Shown here in pieces: positions 39,011 through 52,591 of a DNA stretch of 64,000 nt. The position numbers and the translations under genes were made by a program. Position 1 is the stretch's first letter, and each line of letters starts with the position of its first letter. Origin of the DNA: Octopus vulgaris (lineage: Eukaryota); assembly GCA_951406725.2 (NCBI GenBank), contig OX597839.1:3720001-3784000 (forward strand), read 5' to 3'. The notes beneath the pieces were generated by a model. The model was not told the DNA's origin. It ran no database searches and saw only the letters and a program-made list of their open reading frames with translations.

Positions 39011-39786
39011 TATTTCTTTACTACCCACAAGAGGCTAAACACAGAGGGGAAAAACAAGGACAGACAAACGGATTGTCGATTATATCGACCCCAGTGCGTA
39101 ACTGGTACTTATTTAATGGACCCCGAAAGGATGAAAGGCAAAGTCGACCTCGGCGGAATTTGAACTCAGAATGTAGCGGCAGACGAAACACCTATTTCTT
39201 TACTACCCACAAGAGGCTAAACACAGAGAGGACAAACAAGGACAGACAAATGGATTAAGTCGATTATATCGACCCCAGTGCGTAACTGGTACATATTTAA
39301 TGGACCCCGAAAGGATGAAAGGCAAAGTCGACCTCGTCGGAATTTGAACTCAGAACGTAGCGGCAGACGAAATACCTATTTCTTTACTACCCACAAGAGG
39401 CTAAACACAGAGAGGACAAACAAGGACAGACAAATGGATTAAGTCGATTATATCGACCCCAGTGCGTAACTGGTACATATTTAATGGACCCCGAAAGGAT
39501 GAAAGGCAAAGTCGACCTCGTCGGAATTTGAACTCAGAACGTAGCGGCAGACGAAATACCTATTTCTTTACTACCCACAAGAGGCTAAACACAGAGAGGA
39601 CAAACAAGGACAGACAAATGGATTAAGTCGATTATATCGACCCCAGTGCGTAACTGGTACTTATTTAATAGACCTCGAAAGGATGAAAGGCAAAGTCAAC
39701 CTTGGCGGAATTTGAACTCAGAACATAGCAGCAGATGAAATACCGCTAAGCATTTTTGTCCGGCGCGCTAACATTTCGGCCAGCTC
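39011..39786 (-). mobile_element. Head-to-tail tetramer of SINE family B
   Basis: Units start 39011, 39193, 39377, 39561 (period 182-184 bp); 5' head present once. Confidence 0.9.
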
Positions 39787-40069
39787 TTCATTTATATAGA
39801 AGATCAAAAATAAAATCACAGATATATGATAAAAAAGAGAAACAAACACACAATACAGTGAGAAAAGTATTAAAAATAACTGTTAAGAAATATGGATGTA
39901 TAAACGCCCTCGGGCAAGCTGCGTCGTGCAAGTAAACTTGCTCATATAAGCATCTGCGAAAATGGGAGCATACGCACACGTGAGGTTTGGTGCATTCATG
40001 ATCACAAAGTGAGTTAACTATCTACTTAGAGTTTGTAAGAATGGGGCAGTTAAAAGTAAACTTATGTCA

Positions 40070-40530
40070 TCCATACCTCAAAGTAAATTAAATTCATTTT
40101 CACTGCATTCTGCGAAAGTACATTTATATGCATGTAGGCATCTCAAGAGTCTTTCAGAAATTCTATTAATGATCTTCTCGTTAGTCCACAGAATAGACAG
40201 GGATTCCTCGGAGCAGAGATGACATCTCCTGCAAATTATATTGTATGGTTTCACATGCCTTACTATGGATCAAGTTATGCTGTACTTCATTTTATCCTCC
40301 TTCAGTTGCCATACAAAATCTGCCAAAGATGTTGAATGTCTCTTATTGATTGTCTTTAAGCTGACAACATTGTTACAATAACGATTCTTAAATGAATCAG
40401 CTGTCTGCCCAATGTAAACATATGGCCCTCCCCTTGTGTGCACAGTACATTTATACACAAGATTTGTACTCATACAGAGATTCATCAAAGGACATTTTGA
40501 TTTTTCTCTGCATGAGCATTTATAATATTT
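40070..40530 (-). mobile_element. Second, older Penelope-like (Naiad-type) GIY-YIG fragment
   Basis: CSCREKSKCPLMNLC, LVY..YIGQT..FKNRY, RCHLC..E..IIN..RCLH; one in-frame TGA at a Trp position. Confidence 0.85.
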
Positions 40531-41089
40531 ATTTGTATATAAAGCAGTCCTGACTCCACTTACCAACGTTGTTACCGTGTCAGCTGTATCATGAGTATTT
40601 CTACTACTATGATTTGGTCATAATTGGTGTTTATCATTGCGGTTAACATCTCTTTGTGTGTCTGTGTTTCTCCCCCCACCATCGCTTGACAACCAATGTC
40701 AGTGTGTTTATGTCCCTGTAACTTAGTGGTTCACCAAAAGAGACTGGTAGAATAAATACTAGGCTTACAAAGAATAAGTCCTGGGATCAAATTGTTTGAC
40801 TAGGGGTGAAGCTCCAGCATGGGCACAGTCAAATGACTGTGGCAAGTAAAAGAATATATATATTTTTTTCTTTTTCCTTTCTTTTTTTACTTGTTTCAGT
40901 CATTTTGACTGCGGCCATGCTGCAGCACCGCCTTTAATCGAGCAACTCGACCCCGGGACTTATTCTTTTGTAAGCTCAGTACTTATTCTATCGGTCTACT
41001 TTTGCCAACAGCTAAGAGACAGGACATAAACACACCAACATCGGTCAAGCAATGCTAGGGGGACAAACACAGACACACAAACATACACG

Positions 41090-41121
<32 letters not shown>

Positions 41122-41790
41122 CAACAGGCTTCTTTCAGTTTCCGTCTACCAAATCCACTCACAAGGCTTTGGTCAGCCCGAGGCTATAGTAGAAGACACT
41201 TGCCCAAGATGGCATGCAGTGGGACTGAACCCAGAACCATGTGGTTGGTAAACAAGCTACTTACCACACAGCCACTCCTGTGCCTATGATGAGTTTCTTT
41301 CAGTTTCCATCAACCAAATCCACTTACAAGGCTTTAATCAATCCAGGGTCATAGAGTAAGTACCATGCAGTGGGACTGAACCTGGAACCATGTGGTTTAG
41401 GAAATAAACTGCTTAACCACACAGCCACGCCTGATCTAAGTCTGACCACTTTCCATTAATATAATTAACTGCTACTGACAAAGCTGGCTGTGTGCAGAAA
41501 TTTTCTGGTCATGCTTTTTTAACTTAACCAGAATTTACAGGAAACTGGTAAGCTTTGATCTGGTGATGGTGGTGGAGGTGATGGCAGCAGAGGTGGTGGT
41601 GGCAGTGGTAGTGATGTTAGCTGGCGTGGGGGACATGTCAGTAGATCAGCAAGATGAAAGCATGGATATATGTTGAATACAGCATTGATCTAGTCAGAGT
41701 GTACATCCGCTATATACATTATATATATACCGGAGTAAGCACATAAATGTGAAACAAGCTTTTGTTAAATTTCTGCTGCTTTTAAATAAA

Positions 41791-41859
<69 letters not shown>

Positions 41860-42148
41860 CACGTAGACACACACATCTCAAAAGTATGTTAAACACAACA
41901 TCAATCTAGCCAGAGTATACATCTGATATATCTATCTTTATATATATATTTTTATTGTTTTACTTGTTTGACTGTGGCCATGCTGGAGCACTGCTTTTAG
42001 TCTAGCAAATCGAACCCAGGACTTATTCTTTGTGAGCCTTGTACCTATTCTATCTCTCTATTTTGCTTAACCACTAAGTTACGGGGACGTAAACACACCA
42101 GCATCGGATGTCAAGCAATGTTGGGGGAACAAACACAGACACACAAAC

Positions 42149-42202
<54 letters not shown>

Positions 42203-43127
42203 CAGGCTTCTTTCAGTTTCTCCCTACCAAATCCACTCACAAGGCTTTGGTCGGCCCGAGGCTATAGTAGAGGACACTTGCCCAAGGTGCCACATTTACT
42301 TTTGAGGGGTGTGACACACACACACACACATGCACACTCACTTCCATTCTGTATCTGGTTTGCAAGATTCTTTATGTGAATTCGTGTCTTGAAACAAATT
42401 TTGCTGTCTAGGGAGAGTCATTACGTCAATACTGATTTCAGATTCTGGCACAAAGCCAGCAATTTCAGGGGAAGGGGCTAGTCATTTACATTGACTGGTA
42501 CTTATTCTATCAACCCCAAAAGGATGAAAGGCAAAGTCGACAGTATCAGAATTTGAACTCAAAACATAACATACAAAACACAGCAAAGCATTTTGTCTAG
42601 CATGCTAACAATTCTGTCAGTTCATTGCCTTAATAATAACAATAATAATAATCTTTTCTATTATAGGCACAAAGCCAGTACACAACTGATCAACCCCAGT
42701 ACACAACTGGTACTTAATTTATCGACCCCCAAAAGAATGAAAGGCAAAGTCAACTTCGGCAGAATTTGAACTCGGAACATAAAGACAGACGAAATACCAC
42801 TAAGCATTTTGCCCACCGTTCTAACAATTCTGCCAGCTCACTGCCTTAATAATAATAATAATAATAATAACAACAGTGATTTCAAGTTTTGGCACAAAGC
42901 CAGCAATTTTGGGGGAGGAAGTAAGTAGTATATTACATTGACCCTAATGCATAACTGGTACTTATTTTATCGCCCCCCCCCCAAAAGGATAAAAGACAAC
43001 TTATTTTATCGAGCCCCAAAAGGATAAAAGAGAAAGTCAAGCTTGGCAGAGTTTGAACTCAGGACATAAAGACGAGCAAAATGCCGCAAAGCATTTTACC
43101 CATCGTGCTAACAATTCTGCCAGCTTA

Positions 43128-44980
43128 CCATTATGCCAACATTAATAATACAATCACTGGTTCAGTTCCACTCCTTTATTATTAATCAATTGGTTAAATT
43201 AATCAATTGCTTGTTTAACTTGTTGCTTAAACAGTCAAATATTTGTTTCTTTTTACTTTTTGTTCATCATCATCATCATCATCATCGTTTAACGTCCGCT
43301 TTCCACGCTAACATGGGTTGGATGATTTTGACTGAGGGCTGGTGAACCAGATGGCTGCACAAGGCTCCAATCTTGATCTGGCAGAGTTTCCACAGCTGGA
43401 TGCCCTTCCTAACGCCAACCACTCCGAGAGTGTAGTGGATGTGCTTTTTACGTGGGTCGCCAGTCAGGCAGTACTGGCAACGACCTTGCTCGAATCTTTT
43501 TACACGTGCCAACAGCACAGGTGCCAGTGAAGCGACATTGGTAACAATCATCAAAGTTATTCTATTGCTACCCACAACCTTTCCTTTCATTTTATTACAG
43601 AGGCTGTGTCCGTCTGTCGAAGACAAAAGAAATCACGTAAAGAATCTTGAAAACCAAATACAAACATGAAACAGGTAGGATATTGTTGTGTCAAGGGGGA
43701 GTCGTTAAACCAACATTATTAACAAAGGCAGCGAGCTGGCAGAAACGTTCGGGATCGATTAAATAAGTACCAGTTATGCACTGGGGTCGATATAATCGAC
43801 TTAATCCGTTTGTCTGTCCTTGTTTAGCCCCTTGTGGGTAGTAAAGAAATAATTATTAACACATGCGGTTCGATTACACTCCTTTATCGTTAATCAATTG
43901 GTTAAATTAATCAATCGTTTGTTTAACTTGTTGGTTAAGTAGTCACTTGTTTGTTTCTTTTTACTTTTTGTTCGTCAAAGTTATTCCGTTGCCATTTGCA
44001 ACTTTTTCCAGTGACTTTTCTCTTGTTTTATAACAGAGGCCATGTCCGCTTATCCAAAACAAAAGAATTCACATAGAACATCTTGGAAACCAACTACAAA
44101 AATGAAACAGGTGGAATATTGCTGTGTCGGGGGTGGGGGGTCATTATGCCAATATTATTAACACATAAGGCGGCGAGCTGGCAGAAACGTTAGCACGCCA
44201 GGCGAAATGCTTAGCGGTATTTCGTCTGCCTCTACGTTCTGAGTTCAAGTTCCGCCGAGGTTGACTTTACCTTTCATCCTTAAGGGGTCGATTAAATAAG
44301 TACCAATTACGCACTGGGGTCGATATAATCAACTTAATTCGTTTGTCTATCCTTGTTTGTCCTCTCTGTGTTTATCCCCTTGTGGGTAGTAAAAAGAAAT
44401 AGGTATTAACACACACACTGGTTCAATTCAATTCCTTTATTATTAGTCAATTGGTTAAGCTAATCAATTGCTTGTTTAACTTGACAGACTTGACTTGACA
44501 ACATTCACCGGGGATGGGTTGAGCTGGCTTCATTCATCCTCAATGCTGCATCTCTCACAAACGCCGACCAGGCCTGGCGATTTGAGGCTAACGACCATGT
44601 GATCTCCAACCACTCCTTATTCCAGCGGCGAACGCTGGAATATGGAGGCCTAGGTTGGGTTCCAGATCAGCCTTGACTGTCATCAGCCAGGTTTTTTGTT
44701 GTCCACCACATCGCTTTCGCCAACCCTGAAGGAGAGCTGGGGCAATTGCTTCGTAGATGAATTCTCCTGGTTGACGATGAAGGGCATGACCCCGCCAACG
44801 CAGACGTCTCGTTAGGATGATTTGTCGGAGGGAGGTGATTTTGCACTGGTGTCGCACCGAATTGTTGGAGACAAAGTGATGTTTAACTTGTTGGTTAAAC
44901 AGTCAGCTGTTGGTTTAGTTTTTGTTTCTCGTCAAAGTCCTTTCATTACCATTTGCATCTTTTTCAGTGACTTCTCTTTT
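43128..44980 (+). repeat. Old tandem triplication of a ~300 bp unit, each copy interrupted by retroelements
   Basis: ctcctttattattaatcaattggttaaattaatcaattgcttgtttaacttg block recurs near 43172, 43879, 44432. Confidence 0.8.
44484..44879 (-). mobile_element. RTE-clade LINE 3' fragment
   Basis: RRLRWRGHALH..GWRKRCGGQQKTW..DL; (CAAGT)n tail; 11-bp TSD tgtttaacttg at 44473-44483 and 44880-44890. Confidence 0.8.
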
Positions 44981-45458
44981 AGTCCGTTATGATATCAACC
45001 AGACTAACAGATGTTGTTACACATCACTGGTCACAATGCACTTTATACTGTTTTAGCTTTTGAATGACCCCCACCTTGTTGGCTCAGCGAGCAGGTCAAC
45101 ATTCCCCCTGATCAGGAAAGCTACGAGAGGCTAGCCTGTCAAAGGGTTACCTATTTATGGTTGAATAAACTGGAGCAATGTGAAGTGAAGTGTTCTGCTC
45201 AAGAACACAACATGCTACCTGGTCCAGGAATCAAACCTGTGATCTAGCAGTCGTGAGTGCAATACCCTAGCCACTAGGCCACTCACAAATCTGTAACTAC
45301 ATAGGGACAGCGAGCTGGCAGAATCATTAGTATGCCAGGCAAAATGCTTAGTGACATTTTGTCCATCTTTATGTTCTGAGTTCAAATTCTGTTGAGATTA
45401 ACTTGCCAAAGCCTTGTGAGTGGATTTGGTAGACAGAAACTGAAAGAAGCCCGTCGTA

Positions 45459-45511
<53 letters not shown>

Positions 45512-46307
45512 ATGTTTGTGTGTCTGTGTTTGTCTCCCCCCCAACATCGCTTGACAACCGATGCTGGTGTGTTTACGTCCCCATAACTTAGAAGTTCGGC
45601 AAAAGAGACCGATAGAATAAGTACTGGGCTTACAAAGAATAAGTCCTGGGGTCGATTTACTCAACTAAAAGGTGGTGCTCCAGCATGGCCACAGTCAAAT
45701 GACTGAAACGAGTAAAAGAGTAAGCATTCTGCCCAACAGGCATATGATTCTGCTAAACCTGCCTAAGCAAAATAGTCCTTTCTACTAAATGCACAAGGCC
45801 TGAAATTTTGTAGGAGGGGACTAGTCGGTTACACTGACTAGTGTGTAACTGGTACCTATTTTATTGACTCCGAGAGAATGAAAGGCAAAGTTGACCTCAG
45901 CAGAATTTGAACACTGACCGCAAGGATGGACAAAATGCTGCTAACCATTTTGTTGCCTGGAATGCTAACGATCCTGCCAGGTCACTTAAACAAAATAATA
46001 AAATACATGTATATCATCATTTGTCATCATCTTCATTTAACGTCCGCTTTCCATGCTGGCATGGGTTGGATGGTTTGATAGGAGTTATGCAGGCAGGAGG
46101 CTACACCAAACTTCTGTGTCTGTTTTGGCATGGTTTTTATAGTTGAATGCCCTGCCCTTCCTAACATCAGCCACCCTGCAGAGTGGACTCAGTGCTTTCT
46201 ATATGGCATGAGCACAAGTGAGGGCAGTTTTGATATGGTTTTTACAGCTGGATGCCCTTCCAAATGCCAACCACTTTGTATATACATATATATGTGTGTG
46301 TATAAAC

Positions 46308-46370
<63 letters not shown>

Positions 46371-46374
46371 CAGA

Positions 46375-46630
46375 TGAATGGATGGATAGGTAGATGGTTG
46401 GATGGATGGATGGAGAGGCGGACGGATGGATGGACAGGTGGACGGATGGATGGAGAGGCAGACAGATGGATAGACAGGCAGATGGATGGATAGGTAGATG
46501 GATGGATGGAGAGACGGACAGATGGATAAGTAGATGGATGGATGGATGGAGGCGGACGGATGGATGGACAGGTGGACGGATGGATGGAGAGGCAGATGGA
46601 TAGATAGACAGGTGGATGGATGGATAGATA
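46375..46630. repeat. (GGAT/GGAC/AGAT)n tetranucleotide tract
   Basis: Direct reading. Confidence 0.9.
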
Positions 46631-47271
46631 GATCGTCATTGGAAAGTATCATGGAGAGAGCCAAAAAACCTAATGGTCAGCATTGGAAAGAATGGAAGTA
46701 AGAGGTGGGGTTACAAAGAGGAATACCATATTGTTAGAAGAGAAGCATCAAATGTATTTAGCGTGGAGAGAAGCTGAAAGGCAGAAGTTTGCTGGTGTCT
46801 GGAGCAAGGAGGATCAGAGACAGAAGGTGTTTTAAATTGCAAGGCACTAAGGTGAACTAAGACAGTGTTTGTTGAAAACTGTGTCATAGTAGTGCCCTTT
46901 CCCAAGAAGAAGGAAAATAAAGGAGATTAAAGATTCACCCTGAGTGATTGCTAAATATGGGAAATGTATGGAGAGAAGAGGATTTTCCTGGTGCTTACCC
47001 AAACTGAAGGACCCAGCTACTGAGGAAGATAGTTATATGGACAAAATGGCCATTAATCCTCCAGCATTTAAACTGGCCATATCTGGCCCAAATATTCCAC
47101 TTGTTTAATGCTGAATCTGGCCTGATCCAGCCTCTCACATCTGCCCTACAATGTCATTCTAAAACTAAACACCCACATCTTCAAAATGTTGAAGCTACAA
47201 GATAGTACATGGTTAATTTTTTTAAATGTGGATAAATATGCATTCAGACAGAATTTCACTTTTATTATTAA

Positions 47272-47493
47272 CCCTTTTGTTACCATATTTCTGCTGAGAT
47301 GCTCTGTGTTTCTTTCAATTATTTTAAATATAACAAAGAATTTAGTAAAATAACTTGGTTATCATTCAGCTAGTGTTAGGAACATAAATTGTGACTAAGG
47401 TTTGGTGGAAGATTTTAATTCAAAACTTATGAAAACAAGACATTTGTACTCAGAGCCAGAGGTGGTTTCAGCCGGGTTGGTAACGAAAAGGTT
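47272..47493. mobile_element. piggyBac-like MITE (second partial copy at 63917-64000)
   Basis: TTAA on both sides, TIR cccttttgttacca / tggtaacgaaaagg. Confidence 0.65.
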
Positions 47494-47731
47494 TTAAAGA
47501 AGGATTCTTTAAAATATTTGCTGTGTGTATGAGTGATTATGAATGAGTGTCTGCGAGTGACAGTCTGTATGTACCCAAGGGCATGTATATGAGCAAACTT
47601 CATGACTGGTGACAAAAAAAAAAAAACATTGGAAAAGTTAAAAGTTAAAAATAAAAAGTGAAGGTGCAATGTTTCATCATTGGTACCTTTACCTGTCTTC
47701 AATCAACAGGTAAACAATAAATGGAACATAC

Positions 47732-47776
47732 CTGAGAATGAGAGCTGTCATCCATAGGAGGTATACTATCAGACAT
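47732..47776 (-). CDS. Coiled-coil gene, putative first coding segment MSDSIPPMDDSSHSQ (within exon 47732-48239)
   Basis: ATG at 47776, donor cag|gtatg at 47732, phase 0 matching next exon; acceptor ctctgccag| at 48239 after a long CT tract. True start uncertain (see findings). Confidence 0.6.
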
Positions 47777-48264
47777 AGTGCTGCTGCTGGTGTTGCTATT
47801 GTTAATGGTGGTTGTATAATAGTGGTGCTTTGGGAAGTGGTGGTTGTGATGGTGGTAGTTGTGGTGGTGGTGGTGGTGGTTGGGGATGGTGGTGTTGGAG
47901 ATAGGGGTATCCCTGATGGTGGTAATAGTGCTGGCGGATGTAGTAGTGCTGATATTGCAACTTGTGGTAGTGGTGTTTGTTGTTGTAGTTGGTGTTGCTG
48001 TCAGCAGTAGTGGTGATGGTCTTGGTTATGTTGTTATTGTTGTTGTTGCTTGTGATGGCGGTGGTGGTGGTGGTGTTGTTGTTGGTGCTTGTGGTGGTGG
48101 TGGTGGTGATGATGATGTCGTCCGTGGTGTTGGTTTCTTTCATAGAGCCAGAGTGAAAAAGTCTAGGGAAATGGTCGGTCAAGTCCGTTTCAGGCGATTG
48201 TGCACTTGGAACATGGATTGACAACTGACCGATGTGGAACTGGCAGAGAGAATGGACACGGGAC

Positions 48265-48312
<48 letters not shown>

Positions 48313-49329
48313 GATGGGGAAGAGAGATGTAGTGAACAAGCACGCGGGAGAGAGAGAGAGAAGAAAGATGTAGTGAACACGGGAGAGAAAGACAGAGAGA
48401 CAGAGGGAAGGGAAAGCAAAAGAAAAGGAGGGAGAATAAGCGAGGAAGAGGAAGGAGAGAGAGATTACAGAGAGCGGAAAAGAAATACGGGGACGCTGTG
48501 GAAAAGAGGAAAGGGAGGAAGTGACTGAGTGGGGGGAGAAAAGTGAGAGAGAGGGTACAGTAAGTGAGATACAGAAAGAGAGAAAGAGGGGGAGATATTA
48601 CAATTACAGATAGAGAGGGGGTGAAGATGATGGTGCTATAGAGAAGAGGAGCAGGAGAGAGAGAGGAGCAGGAGAGAGAGAGGGGGAGGAGGCAAAGAAG
48701 AAAAGGAAAGTGTTACTACAGTTAACAACAGTTTGTGAATTGTAAATGAGAAGGGGAGAGGGTGCTAATGTATGTAGAGTGAGTGAGCAAAGAGAGAGAG
48801 AGGGTGAGCAGAGACAGAGAGGGTGAAAGAATACAGTAGAGAGAGAGTGGAGTAAGAGAGAGAGACAGGCAGAGATGGTGGTGTTTGTTGTAGTTGGTGT
48901 TTCTGATGGTGTTCTGGACTATGTTGTTAGTGGTGGTGGTCCTTAGTATTGTTGTTATTGTTGTCGATGGAAATGGTGGTGCTAGGGAGAAGAGAGGCAG
49001 TGAGAAGGGAAACGTGAAAGGAAAGCGTTATTACAGCTAATAACATAAGAACAGTTTGCAAATGAGAGAGAGAGAGGTGAGAAAATAAGGTGTTATGGCA
49101 AGTCAGGTGAGAAAATGTTCCCAAAGGGGAAAAAAGACAAAAAACGAAGGGAAAAAAAAGGGATAATGTACACAGCGAGACAGGGAGAAATAGAGAAATA
49201 TAATATAGGGGCGGCTTTAAGGGCAAAGAGAGAGAGATATAAAGGGGTATGAAATAAGCGGGTGTCTTAGCGAACTAAAAATAATAAAGGCAACGAAAGC
49301 CAACAGCAAAAAGTCCTTTGGTTAATTGT

Positions 49330-49560
49330 GTATAAAATGTATATATATTCCCGTTAGCTGTTGTTGCTGTCGCTACCGCCATCGGGTTTCAGACCGGAGA
49401 GTGGTCAACAACCACCGCTTGATCGTCCATCTAACAGCAATGCTCCTCCTGTTTCAACGACCAAAGCATGACTTCCATTTCTTCGTTCCAAAACAAAACC
49501 AGAAATCGTGTTTTGGGGAGAGCAGCGCCACCTGTTGACCGTCGCTAAGGTGATGGATTA
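49330..49560 (-). promoter_or_regulatory. Probable promoter/first-exon region of the coiled-coil gene, with CTCF-like motif at 49523-49540
   Basis: Non-repetitive, locally CpG-retaining stretch upstream of the most 5' exon; minus strand GGTCAACAGGTGGCGCTG resembles the CTCF core consensus. Confidence 0.4.
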
Positions 49561-49627
49561 ATATTTATTCATTCGTCCGGTCTACCCATTCGTTCTTTCG
49601 TTCATTCATTCATTCACACGCCTTCCT

Positions 49628-49665
<38 letters not shown>

Positions 49666-50530
49666 TCTCTTTCTCTCTTATTCCCTTATTCCCTTATTCT
49701 CCCTCGTCAGGTTACCAGACAGTGATGCAACATACTCTTTTACTCGTTTCAGTCATTTGACTGCGGCCATGCTGGAGCACCGCTTTTAGTCGAGCAAATC
49801 GACCCCAGGACTTATTCTATCGGTCTTTTTTACCGAACCGCTATGTGACGGGGACGTAAACACACCAGCATCTGTTGTCAAGCGATATTGGGGGGGGGGA
49901 CAAACACAGACACACAAACATACACACACATACACATATATATATACATATATACGACAGGCTTCTTTCAGTTTCCGTCTACCAAATCCACTCACAAGGC
50001 TTTGGTCGGCCCGAGGCTATAGTAGAGACACTTGCCCAAGGTGCCACGCAGTGGGACTGAACCCGGAACCATGTGGTTGGTAAACATGCTATTTACCACA
50101 CAGCCACTCCTATCCGAAATTAATACTAAACAATTGTTTCTTCTACTTAAGGCACAAAATCTGGAATTTTATGGGAGGGTGCTAGTCGATTACATCGACC
50201 CCAGGGCTCAAGTGGTACTTATTTTATCGACCCTGAAAGTATGAAAGACGAAGTTGACTTCGGTGGGATTTGAACTCAGAAGGCACAGCTGAAAAGAAAT
50301 GTCGCTAAGTATTTTGCCCGACGTGCTAACCATTCTGCCAGCTCACCCGCCTTGTAACTTACTCCCTCTTTTGCATGTTTCAGTCATTTGATTGCGGCCA
50401 TGCTGGAGCACCGCCTTTAGTCGAACAAATCGACCCCAGGACTTATTCTTTGTAAGCCTAGTACTTACTCAATCGGTCCCTTTTGCTGAACCGTTAAGCG
50501 ATGGTGGTGGTACAAACACACACACACACG

Positions 50531-50601
<71 letters not shown>

Positions 50602-50753
50602 CCCCGTTCGGTCATGAATGACCATTGGATTGCACCTAGAAAGTTACCCTCCGAGGCACAAGTCCGGGCAAGGTTGTTTGTGGAAGGGAAAAGCAAAGGC
50701 CGATACAGCTTGGCACCAGTGATGTCGCAACTCATTTCTACAGCTGAGTTAAC

Positions 50754-50785
<32 letters not shown>

Positions 50786-51020
50786 TCATATATATATATA
50801 TACTTGTTTCAGTCATTTGACAGTGGCCATGCTGGAGCACTGCCTTTAGTCGAGCAAATCGACCCCAGGACTTATTCTTTGTAAGCCTAGTACTTATTCT
50901 ATCGGTCTCTCGCCGAACCGCTAGGTTACGTTGGCGTAAACATACCAGCATCGGTTGTCAAGCGATGTTGGGGGGACAAATACAGACAAACACACACTCA
51001 CACACACACACACACACACT

Positions 51021-51077
<57 letters not shown>

Positions 51078-52060
51078 GACGGGCTTCTTTCAGTTTCTGT
51101 TTACCAAATCCCCTCACAAAGCTTTGGTCGGTCCGAGGCCATAGAAGAAGACACTTACCTAAGGTGCCACGCACTGGGACAGAACCCGAGATCATGTGGT
51201 TGGGAAGCAAGCTACTTACCACATAGCCACGCCTGCACCTACTTTTTGTTTTTTACCTGTTTCAGTCATTTGACTGCAGCCATGCTGGAGCACCACCCTG
51301 AAGGGTTTTAGTCGAACAAATCGACCCCAGCATCTACCTATCCTTTTAAACCCTGGTATTTTATTCTACCTGTTGTTTTTGCCAAACCGTAACTAATATT
51401 TTTTCCGAATTTTGGCACAAGGCCAGCAATTTTGAGAGGAACGGTTACTAATACGCCTGCGGGTGGAGCAGATTATAATTATATCGGAATTCATGGTGAA
51501 ATATCTTTTCGGAGACAGGTGGAGAGTGGAATTCCAGATAATTCATAAGGTTCGACTTCGTTTCCCTCATAACATTTTGAAAAATAGGCGTTTTTCAATG
51601 AAATTTTCTACAGGCGTAAGAGTGGATGTGTGGTAAGTAGCTTGCTTACCAACCACATGGTTCCGGGTTCAGTCCCACTGCGTGGCACCTTGGGCAAGTG
51701 TCTTCTACTATAGCCTCGGGCCGATCAAGGCCTTGTGAGTGGATTTGGTAGAGAGAAACTGAAAGAAGCCTGTCGTATGTATGTGTGTGTGTCTGTGTTT
51801 GTCCCCCCCAACATCGCTTGACAACCGATGCTGGTGTGTTTATGTCCCCGTAACTTAGCGGTTCGGCAAAAGAAGACCGATAGAATAAGTACTGGGCTTA
51901 CAAAGAATAAGTCCTGGGGTCGATTTGCTCGAGACTAAATGCGGTGCTCCAGCATGGCCGCAGTCAAATGACTGAAACAAGTAAAAGGGTAATTAAAACT
52001 TCACATTTTGGCACACACATATAAAGAGAGAGAGTGAGAGATGTCGGCGAGAGGCGGACG

Positions 52061-52458
52061 TCGGACTTAGGAAGCACCAAGTTGGAATTTCTCCTTTTTG
52101 ACGGGGATTTTTCAGATTTATTTTTCACGGTTCCCCTTGGAAATCTCTGGACTATCATTGTATCAAAAAAAAAATCGCGTAGTGCCACCCCACCATGCTG
52201 GAGCACCGCCTTTAGTCGAGCAAATCGACCCCAGGACTTATTCTAAAAAAAAAAATCATCGTACGTAGTGCCTGCAAAATCGATGAAAATCAGTCCAGAG
52301 AGGAAATGTGGTGGCGGTGGTGGGCGGGGCGACAACATTTTTCGCAGATTTTTTTTTTTTTTTGTTCAGAATATTTCCAAGGACACCGTGAAAAAACAAA
52401 ATCTGAAAAATCCGTCAAAACGGAGAAATTCCAACATGTTAGTGCTTCCTAAGTCCGA
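52061..52458. mobile_element. Foldback/MITE element with long TIRs
   Basis: tcggacttaggaagcac... / ...gtgcttcctaagtccga with extended imperfect inverted arms. Confidence 0.7.
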
Positions 52459-52556
52459 ATATATATATATATATATATTTCAAAATGTGACCTCGTGTGT
52501 ACCGTTGGCGATTTTTTTCCTCTGTCTTCCCTTCTTTGGATCTTTCCTTCTCCTAT

Positions 52557-52591
52557 GTTTCCGACGAAGAGCTCCGCTCGAAACGTTAAAC
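52557..52591 (+). ncRNA. Minimal type I hammerhead ribozyme motif
   Basis: gttt-CCGACGA-a-gagc tcc gctc-GAAA-cg-TT-aaac, inside a ~200 bp element bracketed by (TA)n. Confidence 0.7.

Larger units (their letters stand above)
1737..48239 (-). other. CCDC30: Multi-exon gene for a long coiled-coil protein, CCDC30-like (3' end beyond window start)
   Basis: 20 coding exons with GT-AG boundaries and matching phases, 3627 nt open. N-terminal motifs LLYLWTLYKQTE, EMEEVDQYVEHIQQLSED and FAYLLAERVEL resemble CCDC30-family N-termini from memory; orthology is tentative, gene structure is well supported. Confidence 0.55.

Noticed and set aside
40270-40272. In-frame TGA in a Naiad-type ORF as possible selenocysteine (some Naiads are reported to encode Sec)
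   Set aside because: It aligns to Trp (IQWKIL in the 9.6-kb copy), not Cys, so TGG>TGA decay is simpler; no convincing SECIS seen. The 9628-10608 frame has no in-frame TGA.
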